Below, one piece after another: positions 10,191-20,202 of a DNA stretch of 64,000 bases (its first letter is position 1; each line of letters opens with the position of its first letter). Below the pieces are notes generated by a model. The model saw only the letters and a program-made list of their open reading frames with translations, had not been told where the DNA came from and made no database searches. The stretch lies in the IMG/VR virus record IMGVR_UViG_3300008262_000022; one strand, given 5' to 3'. The position numbers were made by a program, and so were the translations under genes. The DNA comes from a virus. Taxonomy: Duplodnaviria; Heunggongvirae; Uroviricota; Caudoviricetes.

Positions 10191-10928
10191 ATGGCATTTA
10201 GTTATTCACCAAAAATAGTAACAGATGGATTAGTTTTGTACTTAGATGCAGCTAATACCAAATCATATGTTAGTGGTTCTACCGTTTGGAACGATATATC
10301 AAATTTTAACAATAATACAACCTTAGTACCTAATGGAGCATCAAATATTTCATTTAATACAAGTAGTTTAGGCAGTATTTCATTCACAAATAATGCTTGG
10401 GGTAGAATAAATAATGTGAATGATATAAATGGGTTTACTCGAGGACCACATTGGGATTTAAACTGGACTTTAGATTTTTGGGTTAACAGTCCATTAACAA
10501 GGATAGGCGCGGTACTTGGAGCCCGAACAGCAGTATCGGGACAACAAGGATTACAAATATTTGTAACATCTGTTAATAACGGATGGACCTATTGCAAAGT
10601 AAATCGCGATGTTGATTTGTTTTCAACTTTAAATCAACCATCAATATTAAACTCAGTTAATCGTTGGATGCACTTCGCAGTTACGTCCGAAGATGCTGTT
10701 ACATATAGAATATATGTTAATGGGGTACAAATACATGTTAATAGTATAAACTGGAGAGATAATGCACTTCGAGTAAATGTATCTTCAACAAACCCATACT
10801 TAATAAGTACAGACAATACCAATTGGCAAACTGGTGATTATAGTTGTTACAAACTATATAATAGAACATTAACAGCTAATGAAGTTAGAAGAAACTTTGA
10901 AGCAACTAGAGGTAGATATGGATTATAA
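10191..10928 (+). CDS. LamG / concanavalin-A-like lectin domain protein
   Basis: GLVLYLDAAN..SY..SG..W.D.S, W.H.AVT, .YVNG, YNR.LT..EV..NF motifs. Confidence 0.75.
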   Translation: MAFSYSPKIVTDGLVLYLDAANTKSYVSGSTVWNDISNFNNNTTLVPNGASNISFNTSSLGSISFTNNAWGRINNVNDINGFTRGPHWDLNWTLDFWVNSPLTRIGAVLGARTAVSGQQGLQIFVTSVNNGWTYCKVNRDVDLFSTLNQPSILNSVNRWMHFAVTSEDAVTYRIYVNGVQIHVNSINWRDNALRVNVSSTNPYLISTDNTNWQTGDYSCYKLYNRTLTANEVRRNFEATRGRYGL

Positions 10929-11181
10929 TAACAGACAATTTATGATATTTAGTGTAACTGAGTTACCTAATATCAATTTTACTCAAGTAAATGAAACATC
11001 AATAGACACAGTAAGAAAATCAGTTGATGGAACAAAAACATTTGTTAAATGGGATGGAGAAGAAATACCATCATCCGTAGATACTTTAGAAACTAAAGAA
11101 GGTCCTTACACATACGAGGAAATGATAGAAATATTAGCTACAGAGGAATGGACTGATCCTAATCTAATAATAGGAATATAA
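10918..11181 (+). CDS. Small acidic hypothetical protein
   Basis: Start at ATG 10918 overlapping the previous gene end; RKSVDGTKTFVKW motif. Confidence 0.6.
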   Translation: MDYNNRQFMIFSVTELPNINFTQVNETSIDTVRKSVDGTKTFVKWDGEEIPSSVDTLETKEGPYTYEEMIEILATEEWTDPNLIIGI

Positions 11182-11182
11182 T

Positions 11183-11875
11183 ATGAGTACAGTAGGTAGT
11201 TGGCAAGGACCAGGCATAATTAAAGATAATAGTTTAGTGGTATATATAGACCCAAGTAGCCCAAATTGTTATTATTTACAATCAGGTTCTGTAGTGAATA
11301 ATATGGGAGACCAAACTTATCGTTCATATACTGTATCATACTATACTGGTTCTTTATCAAGTGCTTCATTTAATACTATTGATAAAACCTTTGACCATAG
11401 ATTTAAATTAGAAGGAGGTGGAGGAAGTCGTGTCACTACTGATTTTACAATACAGCAAACTATATTTTACCCAACAGGTTCACCTAACACTATAGATTAT
11501 TCATTTACTACACAAGTAGGTTCAGGTACCGGTATAGGTATGGGATTAGGTAATGCTGCTAGTTCTAGTTTTTTAGTTTTAGCTGGAGGTACTCGTTTAG
11601 TTTTAAGTAACATCCCAAGAAATCAATGGTTTAACTTAACCTATACTAAAGAGGGTAGCTCATTAAAGGGATATATTAATGGAATATTAATCAACACAGG
11701 TTCATGGAGTACATTTACAATATATGATAATATGTTTTTAGGTTCAAGTGGTGGTTCATTAGCTCTTACAAATTACTATATACGAGCAGCAAATTTATTA
11801 GTGTATAATCGAGCCTTAACTCCAACTGAAATAATGCAGAATAAGACAGTTCTGGGAGCAAGAGTTGGAATATAG
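11183..11875 (+). CDS. Second LamG-like domain protein
   Basis: LVVYID..S..CY..SGS, QWFNLT, GYING, YNRALT..EI motifs. Confidence 0.65.
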   Translation: MSTVGSWQGPGIIKDNSLVVYIDPSSPNCYYLQSGSVVNNMGDQTYRSYTVSYYTGSLSSASFNTIDKTFDHRFKLEGGGGSRVTTDFTIQQTIFYPTGSPNTIDYSFTTQVGSGTGIGMGLGNAASSSFLVLAGGTRLVLSNIPRNQWFNLTYTKEGSSLKGYINGILINTGSWSTFTIYDNMFLGSSGGSLALTNYYIRAANLLVYNRALTPTEIMQNKTVLGARVGI

Positions 11876-11914
11876 AATATTTATATATAACCTGGAAAGT
11901 GAAAGGAACAAAAA

Positions 11915-13492
11915 ATGAACGAATTTAAAGTAAGAAATGGTCTCATAGTAGACTCAGGAGTATCTGTTATAAGCGGATCTCTAATTGTATTAGGTGGTAT
12001 AACAGGTAGCTTATCAGGATCAAGCACTGGTGGTGGCGGTGGAAGCGGTAGCGCTTTTCCGTTCACAGGCTCAGCTCAAATAACTGGTAGTTTAGGAGTA
12101 ACAGGAAGTTTAACTACAACAGGAAATGTTGGTATTGGAACAGCTGCTACATCAACAGCATTCACAGTTGGTGGTAGAGCAACTATAACTCAACGGTTAC
12201 GATTAGGAACAACAGGTGATCCTAATAGTACATTAGAAGTTTGGGGTAATGGTGTATTCTTAACTGGTGGCGGAGCTACATGGGCTATCTTTGACCAAAC
12301 AAACCAAAGATTAGGCATAGGTAAAAGCTCAGCTAATTCCACCTTAGATGTTAGTGGTAGTGTTATCATATCAGGTTCACTAAATGTAACTGGAGGAATA
12401 ACTGGAAGTTTACTAGGAACAGCATCATACGCCACCCAAGCATTAAGTGCATCGTGGGCCCCATCAACGGGTGGAGGTCCAGCATTTCCATTCACAGGTT
12501 CAGCAGGCATCTCAGGAAGCTTAGCAGTTGATGGTCCTGTTTTAATAACAGGTAGTGGAGCAACATCAACTACAAACGCTTTAGTAGTAAATAATTCATC
12601 AAACCAATATAGTCTTATAGCTAGAAATGATGGCATAATTTTAACTCGAGGATTAATTCTATCAACAACAGATCCAAATAATCCTCCATTTAGTCGTACC
12701 GGCTCTATAGTAGCAGGAAATTCTTTAACATCTGGCTCAGATTATTCTTTAGTACTTGGTGAGGGTGTGATCGCTCAAAATAGATCAATTGCTGTAGGTA
12801 GTTCATTAACCTCTACTTCCGGAAGTGATTATACTTTAAATATAGGTGAAACAAATATCATATCGTCTTCATATAGTACAGCTTTAGGTACTTTAAATAC
12901 CGTTAGAGGTAACTATGGATTAGCGATAGGAAGACAAAACCTTGTATCAAGTAGCATAGCAACTAACAGTTATAGTACAGCTATAGGATTACAAAACACA
13001 GCTTCTGGGTATATTTCATTAGCGTTAGGTGAGTCAAATAAATCATTAGGTGCTAGAGCAGTTTCTATTGGTGCTGCTAATAATACTATAGGTAGTTTAG
13101 ATGTAGCTATAGGTAGTTTTAATAATGTAAATGGTGGTAACACTATAGTAATAGGAAATAACCTAAGTTCATCTATTGCCTCACAAATAGTAATGGGTCA
13201 ATATAATATTACTGATTCAAACGCTATATTTATCTTTGGGAATGGTATAAACGCTGGCTCAAGATCAAACTTAATAACAGCTACTCAAACTAGTGTTATT
13301 GTTTCTGGTTCATTAAATATAACGAGTGGTATTACGGGTTCGTTACTTGGTACTGCTTCATTCGCAACTCAAGCATTAACAGCTTCATTTGCTCCTAATT
13401 ATGTTTTATCTTCTAGAATAACATCAGGAACTTTAGCACCAAATAATGCTAGTGGTTCAGATGGTGATATTTATTTTCAATATACAACATAA
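11915..13492 (+). CDS. Fibre-like protein with YadA-like repeats
   Basis: MNEFKVRNGL start, SAFPFTGSA repeats, S.A.G..N repeats, GQYN and IFGNG motifs. Confidence 0.6.
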   Translation: MNEFKVRNGLIVDSGVSVISGSLIVLGGITGSLSGSSTGGGGGSGSAFPFTGSAQITGSLGVTGSLTTTGNVGIGTAATSTAFTVGGRATITQRLRLGTTGDPNSTLEVWGNGVFLTGGGATWAIFDQTNQRLGIGKSSANSTLDVSGSVIISGSLNVTGGITGSLLGTASYATQALSASWAPSTGGGPAFPFTGSAGISGSLAVDGPVLITGSGATSTTNALVVNNSSNQYSLIARNDGIILTRGLILSTTDPNNPPFSRTGSIVAGNSLTSGSDYSLVLGEGVIAQNRSIAVGSSLTSTSGSDYTLNIGETNIISSSYSTALGTLNTVRGNYGLAIGRQNLVSSSIATNSYSTAIGLQNTASGYISLALGESNKSLGARAVSIGAANNTIGSLDVAIGSFNNVNGGNTIVIGNNLSSSIASQIVMGQYNITDSNAIFIFGNGINAGSRSNLITATQTSVIVSGSLNITSGITGSLLGTASFATQALTASFAPNYVLSSRITSGTLAPNNASGSDGDIYFQYTT

Positions 13493-13495
13493 AAT

Positions 13496-13675
13496 ATGAT
13501 TAAAATAGAAAAAAATATAGAGGTAGAATCAAACAAAAAATATATAACCTCTGAAAATGGAGAATTTAATGATAATGATTTTGTTAAATGCAAACTTAAA
13601 ACCGAATCATTAGATAACACAGTAATGTTTTTAGCATCACAAATAAAAAATATAAACAATGAAAGTAGCAATTGA
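13496..13675 (+). CDS. Small hypothetical protein (59 aa, not in ORF track)
   Basis: ATG 13496 to TGA 13675 fills the gap between two genes (MIKIEKNIEVESNKK...). Confidence 0.4.
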   Translation: MIKIEKNIEVESNKKYITSENGEFNDNDFVKCKLKTESLDNTVMFLASQIKNINNESSN

Positions 13676-15800
13676 ACAAATATTTAATGGGTCGTTAGAC
13701 CAAGTTGCAATAGGCGGTGCTTATGATGCAACAAAAATAAACAGAGGTAAGCATACAGGACAATTCAATCTTGGTCCAAATGCAATTGACAAATTTGTAG
13801 GGCCTGCCCCTGTTGGTGTGGCTAACTTCGGTCAATCATCATTAGCCATACCCTCTCATTTTGTTCATCCAGTCAAAATAACGGACGATTTATTTTGGAT
13901 TTTTGGTGCGGATGTTGCTGCTGCTGCTGCTACCCGTAGGGTTCAGTTATGGACATTTGTGCCTTCAACAAATACGTATACGTTCGTAGGTGCAATTACT
14001 TGTACATTTCCGACTGCCACTGCTCATACAGTAAGAGGCATTCGTGTTATTCTTGAAAACTACACAACAGGTACAGTAGGTGTAAGCGGAACTGCCGTTA
14101 CTGGCACAAGTACAGCTTGGAATACAGACCGATTATCGGTAGGTTCACGCATAGGGTTTGGTTCTACGAATCCGAACAACATAACGCAATGGTTTCAGAT
14201 TTCAGCAATTGGTTCTGACACATCAATTACGTTGACAACTTCAGCAGGAACAGTAGCATCAGGGACGCCTTACGTCATTCAGGATTTAATGATTGTGCAA
14301 GCTACAACCAACGCAACTGCTACTAATGGTGGATTGTTTATTACAAAAGGGTTGCAATTTGCGGATTTTCAAAATCCGGCATCTACAATTCCTGCCGCTA
14401 CGACTGTTGATAGGATAAAGGCGGTGTATTGGTTAAGGGATGCTGCACCAATAACTAATACTGCTATTGGTGGTTGTGCATTGGGTGATAGAGATACTTG
14501 GGGACAGCAATACGTTTATTCAACAAATGGCGCAGCGACTTCGTTAATAATATATCGTTACAATATTAGAGCGGCTCTCACTCCAAGTGCGGGTGCATTT
14601 ACCTTAACTGGAACAGACATAGTAATTACAGGTGCGCAAACTGTTACGGGTAACATTTCTCAGTTTAACAATGGTAGAGTGGCAACATTGCAACACGGAG
14701 CGGGTAGTGGCGTTACTTCTTTATACCTGCTTACCACCACTCGTATTATTCGTATTCCTCTTTCAAGCATAACCACAGGTAACACTTCCTTTGTTGCGGA
14801 TACTATGAGCGAAGTCGTTCCGGGCGGTACTGAAACAAATGTTGCTATTAGCACATTTACTACATTAGATGTTGCTCAATCAATGGATAAACTTGTTATC
14901 GCCGGTGGTTCAAACACAGTATCATTGTACATCACCGATTATTACACAGGGGGCCAGCAAATAGATAGGAGAGCAAATATCCTATCAACACAAATGGTTT
15001 CGTCACTGCGTGACGTTGATAGTCCAATCTATGTTCACTCTATTGTTGGTCAAGCGCCTTCTGTTTGGGTTGAAGATGGATGGTTATTTTGGATGTATGG
15101 TACGGCCATAACAACTAATACAAATGCTTTAAGTGTATATCCACTTGCAGCAGATTTGGATTTTCAAGCTGATATAAACAACAGGATAATACTACCTAAA
15201 ATAACATTAGGTGCTACACCTGCTAAGATGTACAGAGTTACCACAACAAGCATGGGTAATATAGGCGACTTAACAATGGGAGTTTCACCTGACTTTTATA
15301 AACTACAAGTTCGCACATCGGGTATAGATGATAATACAGGTATTTGGACTGACGTTTCGGATAACGGTGATTTGTCAGGATTGGGTACACCTTCAAACAT
15401 TCAGTTTGCATTGCAGTTTAGAACTGCTGGTGTGATTATGTTGCCAGCAAGAGTGTTGAGTTTGGCTTTAATATATGAAACAGACGATGCTTTACCAAGT
15501 CAGTATCGTTGGAATTATTCTGATTTTAACACTTCTAATGGTACATTTGCTTGGGTACAAGCTACCTTGTTTGGTACATCAATTGGAACACATACAATAA
15601 ACATTTATCGTGCTGATACAGATGCTTTAGTATTAACACAAGCAAGCACATCAACCACTAATGGAACATTTGAAAATTGGAACGGTTCATCTTGGGTATC
15701 TGGATTAGGTGCTGATACTGTTGGTAGACGTAGAAGATTTGTACCATCAGGTTCATTGCCTGGATCTGTTGATTTATATGCTAAAATAACAATTGCATAA
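13659..15800 (+). CDS. Large beta-rich structural / receptor-binding protein
   Basis: 713 aa Thr/Ala-rich ORF with a GT.V.GT.T.W fibre motif; lies in the fibre cluster. Confidence 0.5.
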   Translation: MKVAIEQIFNGSLDQVAIGGAYDATKINRGKHTGQFNLGPNAIDKFVGPAPVGVANFGQSSLAIPSHFVHPVKITDDLFWIFGADVAAAAATRRVQLWTFVPSTNTYTFVGAITCTFPTATAHTVRGIRVILENYTTGTVGVSGTAVTGTSTAWNTDRLSVGSRIGFGSTNPNNITQWFQISAIGSDTSITLTTSAGTVASGTPYVIQDLMIVQATTNATATNGGLFITKGLQFADFQNPASTIPAATTVDRIKAVYWLRDAAPITNTAIGGCALGDRDTWGQQYVYSTNGAATSLIIYRYNIRAALTPSAGAFTLTGTDIVITGAQTVTGNISQFNNGRVATLQHGAGSGVTSLYLLTTTRIIRIPLSSITTGNTSFVADTMSEVVPGGTETNVAISTFTTLDVAQSMDKLVIAGGSNTVSLYITDYYTGGQQIDRRANILSTQMVSSLRDVDSPIYVHSIVGQAPSVWVEDGWLFWMYGTAITTNTNALSVYPLAADLDFQADINNRIILPKITLGATPAKMYRVTTTSMGNIGDLTMGVSPDFYKLQVRTSGIDDNTGIWTDVSDNGDLSGLGTPSNIQFALQFRTAGVIMLPARVLSLALIYETDDALPSQYRWNYSDFNTSNGTFAWVQATLFGTSIGTHTINIYRADTDALVLTQASTSTTNGTFENWNGSSWVSGLGADTVGRRRRFVPSGSLPGSVDLYAKITIA

Positions 15801-16102
15801 TGAGTTTTCAACTTACATTTGGTGGCGGTGAAGCGGTGATCGTCAAAGATAAAGGTATAGTAAATACTGTACAGGGATTTGTTAGTGATGAAACTGTTGT
15901 TTCTAAAAACATAATGGCACTACCTACCACTTTTATATTTCAACTTTATGATTATAAACAGGCTCCTCTGATTAGTATAGTTAATATTAAAGTTTGGATA
16001 AAAGTTAGTGGAATATGGAAAGAATCTATTATATGGATAAAAGTAAATGAAATCTGGAAACAATCTACTTCTTTTATTAAAGTAAGTGGAATATGGAAAT
16101 AA
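15800..16102 (+). CDS. Small tail-fibre-associated protein with W-K-V-S-G-W repeats
   Basis: C-terminal WIKVSGIWK x3 repeats. Confidence 0.5.
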   Translation: MSFQLTFGGGEAVIVKDKGIVNTVQGFVSDETVVSKNIMALPTTFIFQLYDYKQAPLISIVNIKVWIKVSGIWKESIIWIKVNEIWKQSTSFIKVSGIWK

Positions 16103-16114
16103 GTAATAGAATAA

Positions 16115-16469
16115 ATTGTAAATTATATTATTACTCAATTATCAGGTTCTAATGTTGAACTTGAAGTATTAAGTACTGGTGTAAGAATAGGTAATATAAT
16201 AGGAGATGCTCATACTGTAACAGGTAGCTTTGGGTGTAAATGGATCAGGTACTTTTGCTGGTAATATTATAGCTATAGGTTCATTAACTGTTAATGGTCA
16301 AGTACGAGTAAATAATCAATCAGGAGGGACTCCAACAGAACAAGGTACATCGGCTGGTGTTGTATCTAATTATTGGGCCACAGAAGATGGTAAGTTTTTA
16401 AGCACACTAGCAGTATGGTTAACAATAAATTTAAACGGTATTGCTTATTATCTTCCAGCATATGAATAA
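16115..16469 (+). pseudogene. Decayed fibre-gene fragment
   Basis: No ATG. TQLSGSNVELEVLSTGVRIGNIIGDAHTVTGS continues into LGVNGSGTF... only after removing one T at ~16229-16231. Confidence 0.55.
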
Positions 16470-16610
16470 TGATTAAATCAACACCAGAAATAGAAGCAAA
16501 AATAAAAGCCAGTGGAGTACCAATTGTTGAAATAACTTTTCAACAACTTTCTCAAGCTAAACTTGCTACTGAAGAAGAAATTTTATATATTTATAATAAA
16601 CATAAACAAA

Positions 16611-16928
16611 ATGGCAATACAAGTAACAGGTAGTCTTCAAGTAGGCTTAGCATATTATAACAACCCAATTATTGAATTAATACCTCATTTAACATACAGA
16701 GGTATGATAGCAATGGATGCTAATGTTTGCGCTCCAGCTTACAATCCAGAAACATCAAGTAGTTATTACACTCAAGTAACAACACTACCTTATTACCCGC
16801 AAATATCTGAGTTACAATATCCTGCATCACCAGTAGATCCTTATAGTGATTTAATTTACGCTTTGGAAACATTTGTGATTGAAGATTTACAACCTAATAA
16901 TTCAGGTTCAATATTTAATAGATTTTAA
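16611..16928 (+). CDS. Hypothetical protein
   Basis: MAIQVTG start after a TATTTAT motif. Confidence 0.6.
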   Translation: MAIQVTGSLQVGLAYYNNPIIELIPHLTYRGMIAMDANVCAPAYNPETSSSYYTQVTTLPYYPQISELQYPASPVDPYSDLIYALETFVIEDLQPNNSGSIFNRF

Positions 16929-16965
16929 TTTGGAGTTTTAAGAAAAAGTTATTATAATTAAAATA

Positions 16966-17190
16966 ATGAAAAAAATATTTGAATTCATAAAAACTATTTT
17001 AGGGTTTGTTAAAGAAACAACTACTGAAATAAAAGAAATTAGTAATGAAGTACTAGAAGTGGTTGAAACTTCTAATAAAATAGAAGAAAAAGTAACTGAA
17101 ACAACTGAAGAAGTAGAACCTATAACTGAAGAAGTAGAACCTACTCCTAAAAAAGCTAAAAAGAAACATTACCCAAAGAAAAAAAAATAA
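16966..17190 (+). CDS. Small protein, acidic middle and basic C-terminal tail
   Basis: 74 aa; EEVEP repeats and a KKAKKKHYPKKKK end. Confidence 0.6.
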   Translation: MKKIFEFIKTILGFVKETTTEIKEISNEVLEVVETSNKIEEKVTETTEEVEPITEEVEPTPKKAKKKHYPKKKK

Positions 17191-17193
17191 GTA

Positions 17194-17427
17194 GTGCTTA
17201 AATTATTAGAAATAGCTGAAGCCTGGATTATTGCTGAAAACCCTAATTCTGAACAAAAAGCAATAGCTGAGTCTAGAATAGAGATATGCAATAGTTGCCC
17301 TGAAAAAACATTTGTAGATATGTTTGATACTTATATATGTGGTGTATGTAGTTGTCCTCTATCTAAAAAAATATTTAGTTCAAGACCAGGCCCAGAAGCT
17401 TGCCCTAAACAAAAATGGATAAAATAA
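17194..17427 (+). CDS. Small Cys-rich putative Zn-binding protein
   Basis: CxxC...CxxCxC...CP; GTG start. Confidence 0.55.
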   Translation: MLKLLEIAEAWIIAENPNSEQKAIAESRIEICNSCPEKTFVDMFDTYICGVCSCPLSKKIFSSRPGPEACPKQKWIK

Positions 17428-17432
17428 AGAAT

Positions 17433-17705
17433 ATGTCAGAAATTAAAAAACTAACCCAAGAAGAGATCGATTCGATCAAAGCCCTACAAGTACAATATAA
17501 CAAGGTTATATTCGAATTAGGTTCAATTGAAAGTCAACTAATGTTGATTAAAAAACAAACAGAGGTATTAGAAACAGAAAAAACAAAAATTGTATCTGAT
17601 ATCGACAAAATAGGTGAATCTGAAAAAACATTGATTGATTCACTTCAAACTAAATACGGCGCTGGTAACATAAATATCGAAACTGGCGAAATTACACCTC
17701 TTTAA
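17433..17705 (+). CDS. Small coiled-coil protein
   Basis: L..KYG.G.INIETGE C-terminus after a heptad region. Confidence 0.6.
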   Translation: MSEIKKLTQEEIDSIKALQVQYNKVIFELGSIESQLMLIKKQTEVLETEKTKIVSDIDKIGESEKTLIDSLQTKYGAGNINIETGEITPL

Positions 17706-17784
17706 TCTCTGTTCTGCGTTTTATATAGACTAGTTGATATTTATTAGTAGATTAATCTTTAATAAATTCAATTAAATATATAAA

Positions 17785-19509
17785 ATGGCAGAACAAATTA
17801 TTTCACCTGGTGTATTCCAAATAGAGTCAGACCAGAGCCTTTACACAACCCAACCACCTGCGTTAGGTGCAGCAATAGTAGGTCCTACAGTTATGGGTAG
17901 ACCTTTTGTACCTACTTATGTTACTACATATTCTCAATATCTAGCATTATTTGGTGATATTTTTAAGAGTGGTAGTTACTACTATGAATACTTTACTTCA
18001 CAAGCAGCTAAAGAATATTTTCAAAATGGCGGTCAGTCATTATTAGTTACTCGTATTATTAGCGGATCAGCTAATGCAAGTACGTATGCTACATCTAATA
18101 TTCCTGCTGCTTCAGGTACAGGATCATCATTCCAATTAGAAGTTTTATCATGGGGTGACCAAATGAATAACACTTCTAGCTTAGTAAGTGGTGCTTTAGC
18201 AAGTGGTTCTTCACTAAACGTACGTTGGGAGGTAACATCAGTAAATACAGGAAGTGGTACTTTCACTTTAGTAATTCGTCGTGGTGACGATAATGATGCT
18301 CAGAAAAATATTTTAGAAACATGGGCTAACGTAAGTTTAGATCCTCAATTACCTAACTACATTTCTCGTGTAATAGGTGATTTAAAACCTGTTTATACAG
18401 CAGCTACAGGTAATAGCTCAGCATATATTAATTTTACTGGAACTTACCCAAACATATCACAGTATGTTCGTGTTTCATCAGTTACTACTCCAAATGTAGA
18501 TTCAATTGACAATAATGGTAATTATAAAGCTACTCAATACAGTGGAAGTTTACCTACAGTAGGAAGTGGATCATATGGTGGTTCGTTCAGTGGAGGTGTA
18601 GCAGACACAAACGCTGCTAAGTTGATGAATGAAAACATTACCTCAGCAAGTATTCAAGGATTTACTCCAGCAGATTATAATACAGCATTTAGTTTATTAT
18701 CTAATGCAGATGAATACAGATTTAATATGTTGTTAGCTCCTGGTGTTGGATTAGATAACTCAGCTGTATCTACTATGATAGCAACAGTAGAAGGACGTGG
18801 CGATGCAATCGCTATTACAGATGCTGGTGTTTATGGAACTGCAATCGGAACTGCAACTCAAAATGCTTCAGGTCAATCAAGTAATTATGCTGCAACTTAT
18901 TATCCTTGGGTTCAATTATTCTCAAGTGGTTTAGGAAAAGTAGTATGGTGTCCTCCATCAACAGTAATAGGTGGTGTATTAGCATTTAACGATAGAGTAG
19001 GTGCTGAATGGTTTGCTCCAGCTGGTTTAAACAGAGGTGGTATTCCTTCAGTAGTTCGTCCTGAACGCAGATTACAACAAACAGATCGTGATACATTATA
19101 TAGTGGAAATGTTAACCCAATTGCAACATTCCCAGGTACTGGTACTTGTGTATGGGGTCAGAAAACATTGCAACGTAAACCAACATCTTTAGATCGTGTA
19201 AATGTAAGACGTTTATTAATAGCATTAAAAGATTTTATCGGTGGTGTATCTCGTACATTAGTATTCGAACAAAACACAACAGTAACTCGTAATAGATTCT
19301 TATCACAAGTTAATCCTTATTTAGAGTCAGTAGTGCAACGTCAAGGTTTATTTGCTTATAAAGTAGTAATGGATGATACTAATAATACAGCAGATGTAGT
19401 TGATAGAAACCAATTAGTAGGCCAAATTTATATTCAACCTACTAAAACAGCTGAATTTATTATCTTGAATTTTAACATTCTACCAACTGGAGCTACATTC
19501 CCAGCTTAA
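17785..19509 (+). CDS. Tail sheath protein
   Basis: SPGV...E.D, WFAPAG.NRG, N.NPI..FPG.G..VWGQKTL, R.NVRRL motifs. Confidence 0.93.
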   Translation: MAEQIISPGVFQIESDQSLYTTQPPALGAAIVGPTVMGRPFVPTYVTTYSQYLALFGDIFKSGSYYYEYFTSQAAKEYFQNGGQSLLVTRIISGSANASTYATSNIPAASGTGSSFQLEVLSWGDQMNNTSSLVSGALASGSSLNVRWEVTSVNTGSGTFTLVIRRGDDNDAQKNILETWANVSLDPQLPNYISRVIGDLKPVYTAATGNSSAYINFTGTYPNISQYVRVSSVTTPNVDSIDNNGNYKATQYSGSLPTVGSGSYGGSFSGGVADTNAAKLMNENITSASIQGFTPADYNTAFSLLSNADEYRFNMLLAPGVGLDNSAVSTMIATVEGRGDAIAITDAGVYGTAIGTATQNASGQSSNYAATYYPWVQLFSSGLGKVVWCPPSTVIGGVLAFNDRVGAEWFAPAGLNRGGIPSVVRPERRLQQTDRDTLYSGNVNPIATFPGTGTCVWGQKTLQRKPTSLDRVNVRRLLIALKDFIGGVSRTLVFEQNTTVTRNRFLSQVNPYLESVVQRQGLFAYKVVMDDTNNTADVVDRNQLVGQIYIQPTKTAEFIILNFNILPTGATFPA

Positions 19510-19517
19510 CAATAATA

Positions 19518-19551
19518 ATGTAGAGGGGTGAAAACCTCTCTACATATTTTT
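19518..19551 (+). terminator. Intrinsic terminator after the sheath gene
   Basis: atgtagagg...cctctctacat hairpin followed by a T-tract. Confidence 0.8.
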
Positions 19552-19591
19552 AAATTATATAATATTTATCAATAGATAACAATTAAATAAC

Positions 19592-20077
19592 ATGCCAGTA
19601 CTTTCAGCAAACGAGATAATGTTCACTGCGTTTGAACCAAAAGTTCAAAATCGCTTTATCATGTACATAGATGGTATTCCTGCTTACCTAATTAAAAAAG
19701 CAAGCTCACCTTCATTAGACGCAGGTGAAGTAGTATTAGACCATATTAACGTTTACCGTAAAATTAAAGGTAAAGTTAGATGGAATGATATGAACTTAGA
19801 ATTATACGACCCTATCACTCCATCAGGTGCTCAAGCAGTAATGGAATGGGTTCGTTTATCACATGAATCTGTAACGGGTCGTGATGGTTACTCAGATTTC
19901 TACAAGAAAGATATTACATTAGATGTATTAGGCCCAGTAGGTGATGTCATCAGTGAATGGGTTATCAAAGGAGCATATGTTAAAACAGCTAACTTTGGTG
20001 ATTACGATTGGGCAAATGATCAAGCAATTAACTTATCAGTATCGATTGCTATGGATTATTGTGTATTGAACTTCTGA
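19592..20077 (+). CDS. Tail tube protein (gp19-like)
   Basis: FEPK..NRF, W.R..HES.TGR.GY..FYKK, W...GA; follows the sheath gene. Confidence 0.85.
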   Translation: MPVLSANEIMFTAFEPKVQNRFIMYIDGIPAYLIKKASSPSLDAGEVVLDHINVYRKIKGKVRWNDMNLELYDPITPSGAQAVMEWVRLSHESVTGRDGYSDFYKKDITLDVLGPVGDVISEWVIKGAYVKTANFGDYDWANDQAINLSVSIAMDYCVLNF

Positions 20078-20119
20078 TCTTTAATTAAGAAAATAGCGAT
20101 CCAAATCGCGTCTTCTAAC

Positions 20120-20156
20120 CCTTCTATATATATATTAGTATATAGGAGGATTTTTT
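20120..20156 (+). terminator. Intrinsic terminator
   Basis: ccttctatata/tatataggagg hairpin plus atttttt. Confidence 0.65.
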
Positions 20157-20202
20157 ATGCTTAAAAAAAACAAATTAAACAAATATTATTAGAAAATATA
20201 TC

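Noticed and set aside
3284-16469. Diversity-generating retroelement acting on fibre genes
   Set aside because: No reverse transcriptase and no template/variable repeat pair differing at adenines was seen.
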